From: Enoplolaimus lenunculus
Lineage: Eukaryota
Direction of reading: 5' to 3'
NCBI GenBank assembly: GCA_030248215.1
Contig: JASANG010000641.1
Span: forward strand, 186,001-250,000
Length of the DNA stretch: 64,000 bases
Below, piece by piece: positions 25,930 to 40,900 of the stretch (the stretch's first letter is position 1; each line of letters opens with the position of its first letter). Position numbers and translations under genes: made by a program. The notes below the pieces were generated by a model. That model saw only the letters and a program-made list of their open reading frames with translations. It did no database searches and had not been told where the DNA came from.

Positions 25930-28900
25930 TTATACTCTCGCTATCGTTTTAGTCTTCGGTCGCCCTGCAGAACATCCAGTCCGTGAGGCCAGCACAAACT
26001 GAGAGCCGCTACTTTTTGGAGCTGATTCATTCCACGAGCCACCCCCTGCAGATTGGCAATAATTATTATCAAATTGTTCAGTGTTCAACTTAATTTGATC
26101 GCTATTATCTTGTGTTTGACTATAGCCATGGACGGTTTTCGTCAGTGATAAACTAAAACCACAAAAACAATTGTAAGAATAGGATACAGAATTCAACACT
26201 GCAGCTACATAGCATATTATCAGGTGGGTACAATTCAGACACCGACCAAATGGGTTCCCACGTTGTGTAGTCAGTATCGAGTATTGCTTCTACTTCTACC
26301 TGGCTCTGACTACTACTAGCGCAGGACAAATTAAATAGTTACAGTACCTGTCACCAGTTAGCAATACCATGGTTTCAGGTTGCGCATCTTGACAAAACTA
26401 GCGACATAACAACAATAAAAAATCTCAGAATATCTACTGCGTGCGCATTGCCGAATAGCCATATAGCATGTATCACCAGTAAGTAATACCCTGCTTTCAA
26501 AATGAATGCCTTGACCAAATTAACGACGCTAAACAGAAAATTTCAGTTACAGCAACCTACTTACCCATTTCGAGCCACGTTGTGTGCTCCAGCGACGCGT
26601 TGTGATTTCGTTGCGTGGCTATAAGATGGCGGAAGTACTGCTTGCTGTTCTGATAGAACCTGGCGTAGTTGTGAATTATCGGCTACCGCATCTAATCCAA
26701 CCCCTGTCTTCAATCTATTATTTTTCAGTGATCCCTCAACCATACGACCACTCTGCTCATAGACGCTGCTAGTTCCAGTCGAAGCTTCTAGTGAGGTTAT
26801 TGGTACATTGCAGTTTACGCTAGATTCAGTCATGGGCCAATTCTGATTTCGATATTTTGGCGAATATTTATAAACATCTGCTGCTTCAAAAGGTTTTGTC
26901 AATTCTACCCCGAACGCAGGTGCTGGAGCGGCGTTTTGCTTAAAAACGCCTTTCACTGTTACTGCAACCAAATGGTCACAATCACGCGGCTCTGCACCAA
27001 AATTCCTCGTGGTCGCCACAATTTTCCAACCTTCATCGTCAGTTAACGCACCTCCACCCACGCCTGTGCCAAACCTAGACCCGTAACCCGACGCTGTCGG
27101 TTTGCTAGGGACACGAAATTTACCAAACCCTATTGTACCTTTATGCTTCCCGGCGTAATCTACTGAATTATCATCGTATTGTTCAGCGTTATGGTCCCAC
27201 CCATGTTTACTCACATCGATATTCGGTTCTCTAGTTCTTGTTGGCGAGCCAGGATAAATTGGCCCAATACCCGCAGTCATTCTTGATTGTTGCCTTCGTG
27301 AGATACCACTTGTCGCTGCAACGCAAGACCCGAGCCGAGTAGCAGAACAAGACGCTTTGAGTAATTTGCGATCCAAACTTCCATAGTAATTGCAACAGTC
27401 TGGCGAAGATTTACAATGACGATATGGTGATTTTGATACTTGTTGTTGTTGTTTTTTTTCTTGACGATGTTTTGGATGATCATGCGCCGATCTAACCTTA
27501 TGAATCAGTGTTCCATGAGTACCAGAAATCTGCCGCTGTGTGGTCAAATCATGCACTTGATCAACAGAACATACAAAATCGCTGTATTTCTTACCAGCGT
27601 GCTGCAAATAATTAATCGGTTTATGAGTTTGAGTCTTTGCGAGCGACGAAAAGTGGTTCACAGCTGAACCGTCATTATTATTGACTTCACCGTCATTTGC
27701 ACGATTTATTCGTTCATCGAAGCCGCATTGATGCTCAGCGAACGCAATCGTTGGTTCCGTTTGTGGATCGTGGAGCTGACTGTGATTTCCAAAGGGCCCG
27801 CTGCTACCTGCTGAGGTTCCTAAAGTGTTCTGTGGTCGCAGACCATTGGTGCCAAAACTATTAGCAATGTCATTAATAGACTGTGATATTGGATCGTATT
27901 GAATAACGTCGCTTTTTGCTAATGATACCTGAGATGACTGGCGAGCATGTTGCTCCGAATTCGAATGCTGAAGAGCATTGTTTTTATTGAGCAGAAACAC
28001 CGCTCTGCTGTCATATTTGACGCAGTCATCGGCAACGGCTTGTTTCAAATCTTCCATACTGCGATAATTGATTGACATTCGTTGATTTTTGACGTTATAC
28101 ATTGTACCAGGTGACATACTGTCACGCTGATTATTACCATCGAAAGGTGGTACCTAAAAACGCAAAAGAAATTTATCAAGTGCTTAGTAAAGTAAATATC
28201 TCACCATGTGTTGGAGACCGTTTTTCAAAATATACGACGTGTACGCGACCTATGAAGCCTAATTTTGAAGCCGTATCCTCAACTGTTTGTAGCACCTATC
28301 ACCAGCTCTTAGTACTACGTTTTTAAGCAAAAGAGTCACAGCAGTGGGGATCTCTTACCGCACTTATACGTAACACAAATGAGATGCGAAAATGCGTTGA
28401 ATTTCGATGCTCACCGTGCGCTTTTTCGATACATTTAAGGCCTATCGCAAAATTTGATTGTTGCTAACACATGTTTAAGAATATGGGCTCAGAAAACGAA
28501 ACAATGACAATTATTCTATGCAGAAACAATCGAAAGTCAAATTCCAACGACCGGCCATAAATTCTCGCTCAAAAGAAGCAATTCAATCGGAAAACCACCG
28601 AACTGAAAACTTTTCAAATTCCTAAAGTCACAGCAAATTTACCGAAAATCAGTAACCAAATTCAAATTCAACCCACAAAGGAACTAAAACTCTTACCTCG
28701 AGAACAGCTTTTGGCTGAGTTTTTCTATGATACAATTTTGGTGACTGTTCCCGCACATCAGTAGCGGAATCGCTAGCAACGTGATTCACTTTGGCAAATG
28801 GTAGAACGGGTGCGTAACCTTGATTTGAAATGCGAGCGGGGGAACCTGGCGGTGTAAAGCCATCTGCAGTATTAGCAGCTGATCCAACCAATTTTGATAT

Positions 28901-31900
28901 CACTGAACTTGAGCTGCTGGACGAAATTCGCTTAACCCGGTCATCCTTATTTGTTCGTGGCGATAAATAAAAAATTTTCTCGCTGGTAATCGTCTGATGT
29001 CCAACATCTCGCGATCGGTCAGCTACAGTCGGACTACGTCCACGACCATACCCAGTGATAACTTCACAGGACGTCGCCAATTTCGTGCCACAAAACGGCA
29101 ATTCGTTAGCTCTGCTGTTTCGGTATGACCCATCTGACTGAGAAATTCTATTTGACTGAGAGTAATTTTTCACTCCATAAACTGTCGGCGCACCAGCACC
29201 TGCGGACATTTTACGATTGACTGTTTCGTGGCTGCTTTGCATAGCAGGTTGGTCAAAACTTGCGAGATTATAGCTTCCTCGAAGTGTAACGCAATCAGGA
29301 TTTGCATCCCTACGGGCGAGTAAACTTTGTTGCGAAAAACTTCTTCGCATTTTGAAATTGTCGCATGGTAAATGATTTCCAGCATTAATCGTCATATCAT
29401 AATTTTTCTGGGGCAATGTTACAATATCTCGTAAAGACTCAGCGTTTAGGGAGGGAATCGCACCATTTTGTTGCTTATTGCGAGAAATTTGAGTTGTCAA
29501 AACTGCTGTAGGCACTGGCTGTATGATGTTTGCCGAATTAAAATTAGGGCCATTATATCGTTGTTGGAATCCCGGTGTATTGTACGCGGTTCTGTGGGTA
29601 CTAAGGTGTGGTTCGACATATGTCGGCGGGCTAGAAAATTTGGGCATTGGGTTCGATTCCAAAATATGCTTGATTTCATCAGGTGTTTCTGGTTTTCTAA
29701 AACTAAAATTGGACTGACATTATGTTATTTGTAAAACATCAACCAATTCGTAAAATCGGCAGTACTGTAAATGCCGTTAATCACAATATGATAACAGACG
29801 AGTTATAAATTTTCACGGACAGCAAGAAAATTTGCCTACGTATCAAAAAGTACTATTCTTAAAATTATTGCCATATCCAGGTCAACAACTCAGCAAGGAG
29901 CGATCACCAGTTAGACGCAATCACGTTATTAGAGTCCTATTTAATTTGTCCCTTAGTAAACAACATGTTTCGTAAATATTTACCCAACGCGTTTCTGAAC
30001 AGGAGGCGTCAGATCGTAGCCAGAACGAATGCCGGTTGGTAACATGTAAGAATGAAACTGAAACAAAAATATGAAAATTTATGAGTCTGTGTTTTTGATA
30101 ACCGATACTACAATTTAGCATAACTCTTCGTTTGTCCATAAACGTAATAATATAATAGAAGATAACTTCCCAGAAACATAGATAATTAAAAATTAAAACA
30201 AAAAAAATCAAAAATTACATCAGCAAAAGTAATATCAAAAATACTTTACAGTAACAGTCGCTAGTGCAATACCAAACGTCAGCTTTGCCATAAACCCCTG
30301 TACTCATACTTTATGGCAGTAATCTAGCCAGTAGAATGCAGTAAACTGAAACGTTTGCTATAAAATCCAGTTAAAAACCAAAATAGTTGGCAACTTGCTG
30401 ATAAAACTTCTATAACATTTTAACCTATAAAATATACCTTTGGTTGAATTGCACATTCCATCCTTGGTCCTGGATTTTCAGAGATCACAGCATCAGCGTT
30501 GTGCTTTGAACGCGAGTATACAGCAGCCGATGAACACGTATCAAGATTTTCAATCGATCCAGTAGGTGATGATGGAGCTGATTTATTTGTAAACACCTGT
30601 AATATTTCAAAAATATTGTCGAACAGCAATTACTGCTCATATAACCACCGTCATAACTACAAATGGTTTCCAACAAAACTATTGTTTTCAAAGTTGTTTA
30701 TTATGCCAGCCGCTAATTGGAGAATTGTTATCCGTGTTAGTGGACAAAGATAAAGTCTGCCAAATAAAACATTGGGCACCACTCACCAGAATCATAGAAA
30801 CAATACTATGTTTTGTTCTCATCAATTAAAATTTGACATGTCAAGACCAAATAAGAACCCATTTCGAATTTTCCTAATACTATGAACGGTGATTTCGAAA
30901 AATCATTTCATATATAAAAGTATGGTATGAAATTAAAACCGTAGCATGCTGAATCTTATGGATTTTAAAATGTCGTGCAAAGTCAAACCCAAATTCTATG
31001 AAATTTGAATCGAGAACAAGAACGGCAATTGCGCTGCAAAGGTTCAGTCTGTTAAATGGAATATCAAAAGCACCAAACTACTTACCTTTCTGGTCAACCT
31101 CGGTGTACTAAACTTTTGTTTTTCGTGCTGCCGTATTACTTGCGAGAATCGGGACTCCCCTTGGTCAAATTCCGCAACTGGAATACTGTCGGTTGAAATC
31201 GATGGAAGAACAGACGAATGTTTCAATCGAGGACTTATCATAGGCGCTAAATAACAGAAATATAGACAATATGAAATACTTTAAGACTACTTCGCAGTAA
31301 CTGTGAAAGTAACATAAGACGACAGTTTAATGGACCTCTATAGTCCACACGCTCTATTTGCCGCACTCCAATCAATAACTATCTATACATATATGTAATT
31401 AAGTATTTTTAAACAATGGCAACTGTCTGAATTACCGCTGAAAAATTACGTTTACTTAAATAATGTCAGCGTTTTCAATGAGTACCACTCTTGTTCAATA
31501 TACATGCAGTTACTTAAACTGGATAAAGCAATTTTATGCAAAACCGCAGTGCAGGTAACATACTGTGCACTTGATGACAATTAAAGTAACTAAAACCAGG
31601 TGACCACAGCGTAAAAGCTTAGAATTAAAGTTGTACAGTCTATTAACACAGATACACCAAACACCGGATGTAATATCTCAAGGCCTGACTAAAGGCGTCT
31701 TAATAATATTTAAAAATTTATTTTTTTTGCTTATTTTATTATTACATAGTCCGCAAGCCTATGTGGCAACGTTCTACAAACATATTAGCTTACATGTACA
31801 ATGGTGCTGTATCTTCGATACATCAGTTCGACTTGAGCTCAATTTGAGATGATGCAGCGTTTGAACTAATTGTTTATGCTGAAATTAACAATGCACATTC

Positions 31901-34900
31901 AAAGTATTGTTGAAATCTACAAATACAACTCTTAGCTGCTATAATACAAATCCTTGGTTCGTTATTACTAACAATATTATACATTTAAACGAAACCTCAT
32001 TTGTTGTAGAACCTTATATATTGCGCGTTACCTCCACATGGAAACACTATCCTATCCTAGCTGAAGTTTTCTGATTTTTCCATTAATATAGCGAGCTCTC
32101 AACTACCGTTTACCATTGCATAATGCATAACAAACAATATTAACCAATTTAAAGCTGACGATAAATTTAAATTTTATTCAGTAAAGAACCAATTCTAATT
32201 CTATTTGAACATAACTGCCTTACCTTCTGATTCGCTTTCTGGTACTCGATCATACGATTACGGCGTATTTGTTTCGTTATTCCCGGATCATGCGCAAGTT
32301 TATACGCAGCAGCCGCAATTTTTCGCTGAATTTCAGATTCGACTTCAAGACGTGCAATTTGGTCGGCCTAAAATAAACGTGAGTATCTATCTTGTTTAAA
32401 AGGCATACAGCACTAGAAATAAATTCATCATCCAGACAAACATTTTCCTAAAGAAACAAAGTACTTACGAAACGGATGATGCGACACTTTTAGATTCAAA
32501 GTAAAAAATGCAGGGATTGGTTTAATTAGCGAAACAATACTGGAATTGGTTTGATTCCGGAAACAAATGCACTTAGAGTTTACACGTTCATTGTGAACGA
32601 CGAATTGTGCAGGAAACGCTAATTAAAGACGTTTTAAACCCAATTAGAATGCATTAGGGGGAAAACCTTAAACACATCGTGTTCATTCACTGACACACGT
32701 TTTAAATTAAACAGTAAAACAGATGTTTATATTTTCTGATCAATATTTCACTGTCTCATACGATCGAATTTTCAACATAGGATGCCGATTTTTAAAAATA
32801 CACAATTAAAAAATTTTGTTTAACCAAACAGTACTAATTCTGCCAACATTACCTTAGTTGCTTTATTATTGATCAAATCCAACGACAACGTAAACGACGT
32901 CCCTACCCGCCTTTTCACAGTTGGAAACGGTTCACCAGGCGCAAGACATCGCATTATTTCAGTAGGCAATTGACCAGTGAGCTCCTGACGTAACATGTAT
33001 AATTTTTAATCGAATGCTATAGCAAATAGTTTTTAAACGAATGCTATAGCTACAACAGTTTACACCAAAGCGAAAACACTACTAGAAACTGGAAAGGACT
33101 AAGTTTTGAAACTGCGAAAAAATCTAAACCATGTAACAAAACTCCCGGATTCGAAGACCTGAAGCCTGTTTTGTACACAAACACTTTTGGAATCAAACCG
33201 GAGTGCGGTTCCTGCGATTTTCAATCAGACGATGTTTTAAAACGAAAACAGCTAACCGAGAAACAAAATCAACACTCACCCCTTCTTCAATGCACGTGTC
33301 TTTAAGTTGAGCGGTTCTTTGTACTATTAATTCTTCTAACGCTTCTTTCCGAGCTTTATATTGCTTATAGACATGCAAATCATGCTCTCGGTCTTCGTCA
33401 GATTTAGCTAAAACAAGCTTGAAAGCCAGACAAAATTGTGGAGATCATAATTAAACAAACTCAATTGCGTTCGTAATAAGTATAATTTCTGCACGTTGTA
33501 AACAAAATACATTAAAATTTAACATTTGCACCAAAACTGATAAAATTCTTAAACATAACTTTAGTTTTTGCAAGTCTCAAGTACTTACCGCTCGCAGCGC
33601 TCTGAGTAGACTGCAACGACGATGTTGACACTTGTTCTTGTGGATTGTTTCCTTGCGATGCCCGACGCATCCGCGGAGACCACCTCCCACTTCCACCTAC
33701 CGGTAATTGGTTTAAGCTTAAATCTGCCGTTGAGGGCGTTGCACTGCTAGGCAGCGTAGAAGCCGAAATATAATTACTATCACCGCTAAAGCTTTCAGTA
33801 GTGCTTAAAGTTGAACCGGACACAGATTTGCCGCATCGCAACTTTTGTGCAATACCAGACAGAATGCTTGCGTTATTGTAGCGCAGTGGTGCAGTTGTAT
33901 TGGATGTTGTTGTTGTTGTTGTTGTTGTAGTGACGGTGCTAGTCACATCACTATTAGAATTTGAAGAATTAGAAACCCCAATTGGAGATAAAAAATCGTT
34001 TAGGTCAGAAACAAGCGAATCTGCTGTTTTCCTGAGTTTTGGTTGCAATGGCGATTTCTAAAAACAGCACAGAAATCACATCGACACAAAAAATCGGCCA
34101 CTACGAGACAGTCGCAGTGTATATACCGTATGGCAAGTTTGCTCGACACAATCTTAACAATTCCAACGCCCATCTTTCAATAGAGAAAAAATCAAGTCTA
34201 AATAAGAAAGCCAAAAAGACACTCAAGTGGAATCCTGCATGAGAGCACAACATTTTGACAAGTTAATATAATAATATTATAGCTGACCCCTATCTAGAGA
34301 ACAGAAATATTGGAAACTGTAATATTCGTCCAAATTTCACCAACCTTATTCAGTCTACGCGAGCCGTGAAATTGGTGTTGTGCAATTGCAAGCGACCACA
34401 TATTTTTACACAATGCTTCACTTGAGCAAAAGAACGAATGTACACGAACGCTAGTTGTGCCTAGTGTGCGACGGCTTACGGACACTCTGAAATAATATTA
34501 TTTGTTTTAAACATTAGCAATAATATCAATTGAAAATCAATAGAAAAACTCTAAGTTATCCATACTATATTGTATCAAAGTTTGCACTATTTTACCAATT
34601 GAATGACTGCTGCCCAAGGGCGTAGCCCGGGAAATTTCTGGTGCAATATCCCTTTTGGAATTTTTGTTCAGGATTTTTCGGAAACCATCAACCGGTCAAA
34701 ACTTTTATATTGCGTAACCACCTTTTCCAAAATCCTGGCTAGGCCCATGCTACTGTCTGAACTTCTATAGAAATTTTACAACATTACTCCGCGTAGGATT
34801 TAAAAATCGTGTTAAAACAAAACTGCATTTTCATGTATATGCAAGATGATTTCCACCACAAAAAACCAAAACTACCACTAACTGTGTAGTTGGATCAGCA

Positions 34901-37900
34901 ATGGCATTCGACAGCTCATCATCATTTGCTGCTTTTTCTTGGTCCACTTGTCTTTGATTGCTAGACTTGCAAGTGTCGTTAGGTCCATTTGAAGCATCCT
35001 TCACTTTGCCATCGGCACCGAAAATTGTCGCCGCCTGTTCGAATAAATTCGCTGAGCTCAACGCATGTACGACCCTGAAAAGCATAACAAAACGGCTTTC
35101 GCATAAAACACGACACAGTAGTGTGATTGAATAAAATAAAGAAAATGTCAATAATTGCAAACTATTTAAAATCGATTTTGAAAATCATCCAACTTGTTGA
35201 AAATCATCCAATTTGCATTTTCGTCGCACTGGCAGACTACAAATTTATTGCGATAAGAGCTTCATAACGTCTAAATGTCATGAAAAATATGAATAATCCT
35301 TAAGTAAAATTATTTCATAATGTGCCAAACCGCGGAACATAGCATTCTGTTGCTATATATCAGGTTTTAACCGGAATTGTTCCTGCTGGAATTCCTGCCA
35401 AATTCAATTCCAGTTCCTGTTCCAGTTCAAGCATACAAAGATGCAGAAACCGGATTTTTTAGCGGTTTTGTGGTGAACTATTCATAATCCTCTAAATATT
35501 GAAAACTTTGTCTTTAAAAAGATGTTATCTCGAAAATGAGTGTTCTTGCAACCAGTTCAATTTTGTTAATGGCTGTAAGATTAAAAAATCTGATGTGTTT
35601 TTGCTAAACTTTGTGATGAAGTAGCAAAAAATTCGCTTAAGAAATCTGTAGGCTAGTTTTCTAATAACTCCAACAGTAATTTGGTGATGAAAATTATTTC
35701 AAATTCCCGTTCCTGTTCCGATTCCTGCAAGAAAAATCAATTTCTGTTCCTGTTCCGGCAAAACTAAGTTCCTTTTAGAACCGTGCTGTATACACATACA
35801 ACTCAGATTAATTAAACACGAACATATCTTAGTCAATAGCGATAAAATTTGCATCATTTACCTGGTAGCATTGGTGACTTCAAGTGAAAATTTCTTATCG
35901 CGATGATACAAATTTTCAAGATTCTTCCACGAAAACGTCTATAATAATATACAGTTTTTTTTATTTTCATGCAGTAAAAAATAACAAATCTTTACAGATT
36001 TAAAAGAATTTATATTGATGGTGTAATTCGCAATGCTAAACAAAACCACTGATTACACGGGCGATAATCGTTCACAGAATTATTACCATAAGAAATATCC
36101 AGCGGAATACATTCAAACTGCAGTTGAAATGTATCGTTTATAAGAAAAAGCCGCAAAACTATTCTAGGGAAGACCAAGTCCTTTCCCTTGGGTTCCTTTT
36201 GGTAATTGACCAGGTTAACTTACCCATTTTGGCGACGTCCGGGCGGCAGGATCAAACTGATAAATACCTTCAGCACCAATTCCAAGCATCCATGCTGTGC
36301 CAGATTTATCGGTAACATCGTAGAAGTGAACGCCATATGATGGGTGCTGTTCCACCTGGCACATGAAGCTACAACGGTAAAACGATCATGAAAATATAGA
36401 TTGAAGAATACGGCTACATACACTAATTACATATGTCGACCACAATACTATCATGGCGGCGTTTAATTGCCTAAGCCAAGCCTTTTGGCATCTCTTTGAT
36501 CAAACAGAGAAACATAGCGAGTTGCAAATTGGAAAGGTAAAATATTCACTAAGTGACAATATTATGAATACAAAAAACAATCCATAATCAAAAAATACTT
36601 ATCTGTGATTTAGCTTCGCAAAAAAACTCAACTGCAAAAAACTGTAATTGGTGCTTAATTAAAAAATTACAATAAAGTTCAACAAAACACAAAATCGCAA
36701 AGTTTACTTTAATACAGCTTGACCTTTTGACAAGCCTTTCAATGCTCGGTAAGCTTCTATTACTTTCGTTTCTCTAAAAAACATATGGAATGAACGCAAA
36801 ATCCGAAATAATCCATACGAGATATTTCGTAACCAGGATGGTTCAGGGGAGAGGTCAACCATACCACACCCCCTTGAATTTTAAAAATGCACGTCCGGAT
36901 GTAGGAATTTTCAATATGGGATACGAGCCTGGCCGATCCATGCTCCCTTCCACGACGAAAAACATTTTACCTTAAATTATTGTCCTTCTGCATATCTGCG
37001 TGCAATTGCGACGTACCCTGACAGACACATACAGAGATGTGGGCTGGGTCGAACCAATTACATACGCACCAGTTGTGACACAAGAAACTTACTCGTCGAC
37101 AGTGCTTGTTCCATCATGCAATGATAGCGACGATTAAGTTTACGTAACACTACCTGCGTCATTGGTCCGAATTATCATATGTGTATAGAATAAAGTTAAT
37201 TATAGCAGCTGCGTAGCTTATAATAAGCAAAGGAAGGACTATTATTCCCTGGTTGAGATTTGAAAGGTACTAGACCTTTCACCAAATAGTGATAGGTGCT
37301 GAACAAATTTGAGAATATGGGTAATACACTACTTTATTATTTTATTTTTAAATTTTCGAGACAACGCAGCTATAGCATAAACTAACCATTTACAACAGTT
37401 TACTTACACATCATATACTGTCATAATGTTTGAGTTCGTTGCATAGCTATAAGGCACCAAAGATAAACTGCGAATAGCTGTTATCGCCGTTTGTTCCCTG
37501 AAAAAGATGCAAAACATTAATGTATTTAGCCCGGTCCGATTATAAAATTTTACTAAACAGCCAATAAATGGGACTATAACGAGTAGTGTATCAATTTACT
37601 TGTTTACTTTCCCCATACTAGCGTCATTTGATAAAAAGCAAAACTTTCGCAGCAATTTGCTTGATTTTACCAAGCATAAGGGTTGCGTTATACTTTACTG
37701 CGCCGGACTCCGGTATGCGTTGCTCAAAATCAATTGGGTGACGTTGCGACAATTTTTAACGAACCAATTTTATCGTGTCCCAAAGGCTGACCATTAGCCA
37801 ATTTTATTAATCCAATCATTATGTTTGGTGTGAAACTTTTTGCGGAAAGTAAGAAAGTAAACAAGCACCCACATCAAGCCACTCGGATTTCAGAGTAACA

Positions 37901-40900
37901 CTGTGTGAGGAGAATGGCTGTGGAGCGCAAAGTCTTGCGTTTGATACGTATCTGCTGTTTTTAACAACTATTGACAATAACAATGGTATAGCAGTGGGCT
38001 TTGGGTATCATACTTCGTTTTAGAATAGAAACAGACTGGCGCAAACCGCATACTTCTTTGTAATAAAACCTGCTTAAATTACAACAAACCAGACTGCAAC
38101 AATAAGAATTACTTCTGAGTTTAAAAGAAACAAACTTAAAAACGCACGCTTAATTCAATAACTTACTCAGCGTAATCGCCTAAAATCGCTTGCACAACGT
38201 ACGCCAGCAGAGCATGCACAGAATGTTCCTTAGCGTATGTTAATTTTTCCTGAAAAACACTTAATACAGTCGGCAACTGTTCACTTGCAGAGTTCAACTT
38301 AACGTCCTGACCCATTCAAAATTAAAAACCTAAAACCTGGAATATTTCTTCTGCTAATATGAAAAAAACATTTGTAATGCAAAATTAAGCCAAATGTCAA
38401 AGCAACTTGCAATTTGTATTATTAAATAAACGTTCTTCTATAAAATTTAGCACATTTTTTGCATTTCGTTAATTGCCCGAGTTGTGAGTAATAGATTGAG
38501 AGCTGCATCTGGCACAGTTCGTTTCTTTAAAAGCCAGTGTACACAGTGGAACTGGATTATGACGGAATCGGAATCGGAACAGCAACTTTATACCGGAATC
38601 GGAATTGGAACTATCAATTCTGTTCCTATACAGATAATTGGTAGGTATTAACAAGTATAATATTGATTTAGGATGTCTGTTGGCTGGTCATAACCTTTTA
38701 AAACGTGGCATAAACAATTGGTAATCACTTTTGGTTCTGTAAAGCTAAACTACAATCAATTATTAATAAGCTAACTCGATAAAAACAATTTTATAGATAG
38801 ACGATGCAGAATTTTTATGCAACTGTCACAACAAGTAGGCCTAAAATTAAAATGTCAAAGTTCCAATTCTGATTGATTGTGCAATCGGAATCGGAACCCA
38901 CGGACATAGAAGTTAGATGAAACTTACCTTTACCAGCAATGATACGGCTTGCAGAAAAAACAATTCGACCGCAGTCGGATACATAAGCTCAGTAACAGAA
39001 TCGACGTAAAACCTTAAAAGTAAATCAAGAAAACTGTAGAAAACAACATGCGACCAATGCCAAAATTGTACGTCAAACAAAACATAAACATGCATCACAA
39101 AGTCCTAAATATCAGCAGAACCTCTTCGTAAATATACGAATATTTCCATTTGATGCCAGCAACAAAAAATTGCATCTGAAATCCTATCCGCAAACACGCA
39201 CCTCATTTTCCTTTCCTATCGGCGGTTAAAACTAAAAACTGAATGATAGATTTAAATCCAAATTCAAACCAATTTCACGTTTAACTTAAAAAACAAACGT
39301 AAGAACTTATATCAAGCCAAAGATAAACCATGGAGAGCCGAAAAATTACATTTAAACGGCTGACAGATTCGTTTTGTTAATGACTTACTTTACTAAATAA
39401 TACAGTGTGAATGATGATTCGCCAGCAGCACCTAATTTGCGTGGATAGTCGTAGTCCACCACATAACGATCAGGGCTTAGCCAGTGCAATTCTTGACTGA
39501 AACATAATCATTCTAAATATTATATTTAAAATCTAAAGATCAAAGGCAATTACACATAAGAATGTGCAACGTAACGTAGCAACACGGACGTAACCAGGGC
39601 GTTCACAGATTCCTGCCCCTTTTCTGCAATGTTCTTGCTGCCAGCCTGCTGTACAGCTATAACACATCGGACAAATTTTCCTTCACTTTTTAACAACAAT
39701 GGTTGCAATAGTTTTCGAATGACTAAACAGTAAAATCGGGAAATTTATAGTTCTGGTTCCAGCATGCCTTCACACCAGGGTGGCAATAAAGGTTCGGATT
39801 CGGATTCGGCAAAAACTTGTGGTTCGGATTCCGGTTCATTTGTGAAAAAGCCGAATCCAACAGTGTTCAGCAATATGTTTTTTCAGTTTAAAACAATAAA
39901 AAATTTAAATATCACGTTATATTAATAATTAACGTTTACAAGTTACGCGGCCTGAAACAAATTATAGATATAACTGAAATTTGCAACATGCAAGCTTCGG
40001 ATTCGGATTCGGCAAATGGCAAATTAACAATGGATTCGGATTTGGCTTCGGTCAAATCGTAGATTCGATGCCACCCTGCTTCACACACGAATATTCAAAA
40101 CGCAATATATAAACGAGTTTCCACTGCTCCTAAATCATTTCAAACTTCGTCGTTGACAACTAACCGCATGTCCATATACGCAAGGCCAAACAACGCTTTA
40201 TCGGGCTCTCTTAGGCAACAATGAGATGCGACAATATTCGCCAAATCAGCAACACCCAATCGTGCATGAACGACAATATCGATACGGCGATCGTCCAATA
40301 AAATTACACGAGCGCGTCGATTTTCGTTCATCTGAAAGTAAAGCCCAACATTTCAGGTTAAAAGATAACAGAAGATGTAAAAGCTTCTGCGAAAAAAATG
40401 ATTTATTTTGCGAATTTTAATGTTAAAATGAAAGCCCGTTCTCCAACTGAGAATCATCATAGCTTTATAAAAGAAAACGTTCGAACAAAGAAGCTGTCCC
40501 AAACATGGTTTGGTTAGTAACGTGGCGATTATAGGGTGGGAATTTGTAACATGTACAGAATTTTGCTGTGATATTTCGGTGAGTTTTCTTAATTGGTAAG
40601 AGAAAAGATGAGCGATTGGGATTTTATTATAGAAAGAAACCAATTATTTGCAGCTTCACACAATTATTTTCAAGTATTAGGACACGCATATTCCATTTAC
40701 TAAAGATAAATTAACATTTACTGACGCATTAACGTGCTAAAAATTGATTTATTTAAAAACACTATCCGGTTAACATCCGAATCCGGTTCAGGTAAAAAAA
40801 TCACTATCCGGATCCGGTTTTTTGCGTTCCGGTCGCACCCTGGGTACAAATTAGGTAACACCAGTTGACCGTAACCAGACGACACTCAAAAACTATTGTT

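Noticed and set aside
30690..30756. Candidate FRMD4 exon after a CAG acceptor
   Set aside because: It hits an in-frame TGA after 22 codons, whereas 31086 joins cleanly to 30596. An alternative terminal exon cannot be excluded.
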